A DNA stretch of 64,000 nt from Macrostomum lignano (Eukaryota), in contig NIVC01000293.1 of assembly GCA_002269645.1 (NCBI GenBank), forward strand, positions 1 to 64,000. Direction: 5' to 3'. Every line of letters starts with the position of its first letter. Position 1 is the stretch's first letter. The notes beneath the pieces were generated by a model. It was not told where the DNA came from. It was given only the letters and a program-made list of their open reading frames with translations, and ran no database searches. Below, in pieces: positions 54,181 to 64,000 of this stretch. Made by a program: the position numbers and the translations under genes.

Positions 54181-56399
54181 GCCGAGTGAAGCCCCCAGCT
54201 CGCCAGGCGAGGGTTAATAAAGAGCGCAAAAGGGGGTAGCATAAAACACGGAGAGTTTTCATTGGCTGGCGAGAGAATTTGAAATTATCGATCGTGCCAA
54301 AATTCACAGACGAGCGCAAGGCCTACCAAATACACAGTGAATTAGCAATTGATACAAATTATTTGCACGCTACTATAAGTAAACGTTAAAATAAACTATT
54401 GGAGAAATTAATATGAGAAATTGCGAGGGAAACTATAGTCCAACGGCCCTTTTGCGGGACCACTTAAACTAGCAACGTCACAGCTCCTATCTCTGCAGTG
54501 TAAAAGTTCCGACGTACGATCGAACTTACGCTACGACAGCTTTATAGTACGACCCCACAGTCAATTCCAGATGATGATGAACGATGGCTACGAGCTACAT
54601 GTATAATTATAGCTTTGATGCATTCAGATGGCTTTACATACTCGTACATTGTAGCTACTCTGATTCTTCATCATAACCAAGATTTTTGCAAATTTTCTAA
54701 TTATCTATACCTATAAATGAAAATCCGTTATAAATTATTCAATTATCTAATTATCCAAATTAATTATCCAAATACTCCATTCTGTAACTTAAAACTGCGA
54801 TTTTTGTTTTATATATAAAACTTCTCATGCTTTACAATGTATCTTTTCTGTATGAAATATTTTATTTAAGGTTGATGACTGTAGTTAATTGTTACTCGTA
54901 GCATTCTGCCAGTTCACTTTACTGCTTTCTCAACGCAGCTTCAAACAGCGCATTCGAAATAAATCTGTTGTGGCAGCTTAAGTTCTTGTACATCGTTTAG
55001 TTTTTCGTCGTTGCGAAAGTCTTAGCGAAATACTTGTCATTTTTGGTAATTAATTCTTCTACTTATAAGTATAGCTGCACGTACTTATTGACCTGTTAAA
55101 CAGATAAAGTTTCCCACTATTTAGTTTTAATCTTGATACGATCTTAATCTTAATCTTACTTAATATTCAAGTTTTAAACGACAATAAAAACGTTTTTAAT
55201 CTCCCTCCAAGATGTCTGGTTTGTCGCTCGTCGCTCTCGGCTTTGTGCTGGCTCTGATACAGTAAATGCATGTAAATACATACATATTAAATAATTCGCA
55301 GTTGTTTTCAACAGTATTTCTACCGCTTCCAGTAATTCGCCTAAGCTTACTGTCTATACTACCTAATACTACTCCCGTAAATCTAGCCGCATGCCATCGT
55401 CAATAAAAATTTAAATGCTATCCGCACGTAACTAATTTTTAACGCCCCCCCCCACAGACAAGCCAAGTGCTTGGAATGCTTTGAACCTTCTGTTGCATAA
55501 ATAAAGTGTCTAAGTCTTTGCAAAATACCTAGGTTTTTAGCTTTCGCAAATATTTAAATTTTTTATGAGGATGGCATGCGGCTAGATTTACGGGGGTCTA
55601 ATAAATAATAATAGACTGCTACAAAACTTATCAACTTAGCAAAATCGCCACAGTGTAGTAATAATCAAAGCCGAATTACGTAATTCTATTGAAGTCAAAT
55701 ATTTGCGTGTGTTTGCTATTTTGGGATTTATCATCTTTTAGAAGATCAGAATGTATGTTAAATTAGCAAAACTTAACAAAAATATTGATGAGGACGCACT
55801 TTTTCCCGAATTCCACGCTCGCACATGGGTTCCAAACTAACTAGCCTACTAACAGCAGGCTATGGGCATTTTTTCTCCTGTTTATGCGAATTATCATAGA
55901 ATTCATACTAGATATATGATTTTGCCATACTAGCAGTCATAATAACATAGGCGCGGCTTTTTGGGTCATAAATCATCGCTTGTGAAGCTGGTCTGACAGC
56001 CACCTGAGCCTCACTCAGTGCTGAGGCTGGCGCCGGATGGTCTGAGGGGATGCGCATGATAACTTTTTTTCTCATCATTTTTGACAGGCCATCAGATTTA
56101 TGAGGTCAGGGCCTATTGTTCGGATTCACTCAAGCGTGTGACAGCTTTGACAGCTATGCGTTTTACCTCTAAAAGTACTTTAGGATTAGCAATTAGCAAT
56201 TTCATTTCATTGTCATCACTTTCTACTTAATAAGAGCTTTCTAATGTATATTTTTTCATTAATTTTTGTCATTCCTACGCGAAAAGTCATAAATCATTAT
56301 GTAGCTATTTTGAGTAATTTATGGCCGCACCCGTTATGTTTTTATGGCTTTGAGGGAACTGATAGGATCTCCCGGTCACGTAACTTTGGGTAGCAACAA

Positions 56400-56510
56400 G
56401 CTCAGCCAATCAGAAAATTCGACGTGCGTTAAAACAAATCGGCTCAGCCAATCAGAATCGACGTGTTCCATTATAACAAACTGCGGTCCAGTTGGCGGCT
56501 ATATTTAAAC
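56400..56510 (+). promoter_or_regulatory. Promoter-like cluster, probably belonging to a mobile element
   Basis: Two GCTCAGCCAATCAGAA (CCAAT box) copies at ~56400 and ~56442, followed by CTATATTTAAAC at ~56499. Confidence 0.45.
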
Positions 56511-57364
56511 CGGTGTTTTTGGCCCGCTCGAACTGCAACTGGGTGACACTTGGCTCCACCGGCCAGGAACTTGCTCTCTCTCTGGCCTGAGCGTCGTTTC
56601 TTGATCTCCGGATTGCGACTTCCCCCCCGTCATCATCAAGTACGAATTCCCCCGGTCATCAGCAGTGAACGTCAAAGATTATTTGACGTTCACTTAGCAA
56701 CTTAGTCACATGGCATCACCTGCTAGCTATCTGCGAAGGTTGAAACATCAGCATCATCCCGAGTCTACAGCTGCAGAGTATCAAGCCGATTCGGTCACTG
56801 TGGATTACCTGGTCTCCGGCTGTTGAGTTTCTGATTGGTTGGGTGAGAGGCTACATAGACTTGCTTGATTGGGTGATCCCTTATCTGTCCCCTGTTTCAG
56901 TAGCTGGATTAGGCGCACACTTTTGCTCATTTTGTTCAGTAGTGCTGTTACTGAGGTAGAAATTGTAGTGAGTCGCTAGTTTAGTTAGGCGCCGCACTAG
57001 TCAGCTGTTGCCCTCGCCCTCGCCCCGGGCTTCTGTCTGCCGCTGGGCAGTTGCCTGTCCCTCCCGCCTGTCCTCTGGCCTGTCCCTCGCCCGTTTGCCT
57101 GTCTGCTTGTTTGTCCTCGTTTGCCCCCGTTTGCCTCGTGTTCTTGTTTCGCAGTGCCCAGACAGCTTGGTCTGGCCTGCCTCTGTTTCATTCCTTGTTT
57201 GGCATCTCCAAATTTGGAGTGCTGTCCTGTTTTTCCGGTCCCACGGTCACGAGTGCCTTCACTTGTGGGCCTTTTCCCCTTGTCATGTGAGCCAGTCACA
57301 TGACAAGGCCTTCTTCCTTCTTTAGTCCAAAGTGCAATGATTTCATCATTGTACGCTGGGCTCG

Positions 57365-57859
57365 TGTTTATGGGGAGATCACGTGCGCCCGGACCCCCTT
57401 GCCTCCTCTGAGGCATGGCCCGCTTGTTTGTTGCTAAAAATAGCAACAGAGTCAGTTATGACTCTCAGTGGGGGTCTTTCGTGCTATGGTGCAATCGATC
57501 CTCCCTATAAATGCAGCCCCTCTCATGGCTTGGCTCAGACAAGCCTTTCTGTGCCCTTTCGCTCTCACCCCGCACCAGCCCGGCAGGGACTGCTGACGGT
57601 GGGCACCTCTGCGCGAGAACTGCTAAATCTGCACGAAGTGCGAGTCTCTTTCTCTCGTCTTAGTTATTTGCTTCTACGAACTCAGCACCTCACCGAAGGC
57701 TGCGACTCTGCGAAGCTGGTGGCAGCACTACCTACGCTACGAGAACTAGTTTCTAAGAAACCGGCAGCTAGAGGTCACCGCCCTGCGCCAGGAGACCTTC
57801 CAGGCCCTCTCCAGTCGACATCGCAGAAGCCTGTACTTCACTGGTGGCAGCGGTGGGAT
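57365..57859 (+). mobile_element. LTR followed by a tRNA-Leu primer-binding site; internal coding region not recognisable
   Basis: TATAAAT at 57506, CA end at 57840, then TGGTGGCAGCGGTGGGAT (57842-57859), an exact 18-nt complement of the metazoan tRNA-Leu(AAG/UAG) 3' end including CCA. The left boundary is approximate. Confidence 0.72.
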
Positions 57860-59720
57860 GGAACGCCTCTAGACAACAACAGGCAAGACAACAAACACTT
57901 CAAAATCACTTACTAATAGTAGTCTGAAACTCCAATTCAATCTGAAGTGTGAAGTGATCTAAGGAGAAGGTTAAATATGACAGTTATTTTTATCGGTTTT
58001 ATTTCTTTGTTCGCCGATGGCTCAGATGAGTAGCTAAGCTAGTAGGCGCCGGTCACAGTGGACCAATGGCAAGGCAGTTCTCAGTCGATCAATCTATCAA
58101 ATCAGTTAGCGAAATTGCCAATAGTGCAGAATCGGCGCCAGAGATGTACTCTGTGCACTCTAGGTTAGCCAAGCGGCTCGGGTAATGAACCATGCGGTCT
58201 CCGATGTTCGAGTTAGCCTATCATCAGCGCTAGGAGAGGCTGGTTGGCGCGTTGAAGGCCAAAAGTACATATCTTCGTATTTAGCAATGTAATAGTACAT
58301 GTAGCTACCCCATAGTCTCGCCACTGCAAGAATCCCCTACACAAGTCACCTCTGTACCTGCATGGCAAATGCGACCAAGTCCCAGCAGTGTCCCTTATCA
58401 TCGGCTATGACTTCGAGATTGACAGCAAAAAGACACTAGTTGGCAGGTAAGTACAAGGCTCCTTCTAGTCGGAAGCCCGATTTCGAGAGTCCCGGTGTGG
58501 TGAGCCAGGGCGCACGGGCTGGTGGCAGCGGGTTAGTTAATCTACGGATTAGCGCTAATTTCTACCTTCAAAATTCTCCCTGCTTGTCTCTCGCTGTCCC
58601 TCTCTTAGCTATAGGACCTAGACTGCTCGCCACACGATCAAGCTACCATGGGGCTGACCATCTGACATTAGTGGGGGGCCAGGACTCTAATTGATTTATT
58701 TCTGAGACCTGAGGCCCGAAGGCTTCCCCACAAGGGGGCCCAAAGGTCGAAACCCATCAATAACAAGTACAAGTATTTGATATGTACGTAATATTACAAT
58801 AGAAAAAGAGATCTTTCAGTCCTACTGCCTACAGGCGGTGCAGTAGGGGCTGATGCTGTTGCTGCAGTTACGAGCACAGTTCTAGCGACGAGGCTACTTG
58901 GCTTTTCGTCAACTGCCTGCTCGCTGATGCAGGAGGAAAGGAGATTAATTATAAATACCAAATTAACCAATATTTAGGAAAACTTCCCTATAAGTTTTAT
59001 AGGCCTTCCTACAGTATATTCTTAGGCGAGTTTTTCATATCAAGAATCTAAAAAAATTGATGCGCTCATTGTAATTCACTGTTCATACACGGTGTATTAG
59101 CTATGTAATTAATTAAACAACTGTTTTTCAGTAATCTTATTACGCATTTCCGTATAACAACTGTCATAATCTCTCACAATTCCTCTCATAATTTACTGTT
59201 TAATTTTTCTAGAAAATAATATTCTCGGAAAAATATAGCGGTATCAAGTCTAATTTACAAAGAAATTTTCGAGTACATTTTATTTAAGGTCAAAACGTAT
59301 ATACAATAGCCTGCAGTGCGCTGCAGAGCAGATGTACCAAACTCACCTTAAAGAGCGTTATTCACTCACAATCTGACGGCTTTCGTATTAAACAAAGCGC
59401 CATTCTGTTACTATATTTATTCAGAATACAAATAGACACTTTATGAATATTTATTTCCTGGGTAACTTTTAAATTGTCGCTCTTTAATTTAGTTACCTAG
59501 TAATATTGAGAGTTTCCTATAGCTGCGAGGCATACATGCAGTAGAAATTCATAAATATAGGAAATCGATAAGCATGAAAATTCGGACAGACTTCCGTCCC
59601 AGCTCCTTGATAAATGCTGGAGACATACAAATCTGCATATTTCACTGTGGTGCAAAGGTAGGAAAATTGGAACAAAGCAGAAATATAATACGTGTGCAAC
59701 AGTCTGTCCCAATAGAAGCA

Positions 59721-63990
<4,270 letters not shown>

Positions 63991-64000
63991 CTACGGAAAA

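Noticed and set aside
56997-57446. Overlapping ORFs on both strands in a C/T-rich stretch
   Set aside because: Low-complexity sequence with no recognisable motif; probably a non-coding part of a mobile element.

Overview
Intron-rich, AT-rich eukaryotic DNA from an invertebrate animal. A flatworm such as Macrostomum is possible but unverified. The window is dominated by a head-to-tail array of six paralogous + strand genes, here called A1, A2, B, C, D and E, which I reconstructed exon by exon from GT-AG sites and intron phase. Each encodes signal peptide - 2 or 4 CUB domains - 4 or 2 copies of unrecognised two-exon, four-cysteine domains (types W and P) - one transmembrane helix - a short tail ending in a 27-33 nt exon that encodes VY(V/L)(T/N)-stop. 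The ectodomain has six modules in every copy. B and C look intact; A1 and D are disrupted; A2 and E each carry one lesion. A1 and A2 sit in a recent segmental duplication (1-~9390 vs 15688-~28020). Introns and spacers are full of mobile DNA: Tc1 relics and MITEs, a piggyBac fragment, tyrosine-recombinase relics inside a long inverted repeat, three Helitron-like elements carrying minisatellites, a decayed Ty3/Gypsy element, LTR-like pieces (one with a perfect tRNA-Leu PBS), two tRNA-derived SINE families, and many simple repeats. Exon models are manual predictions without transcript support.
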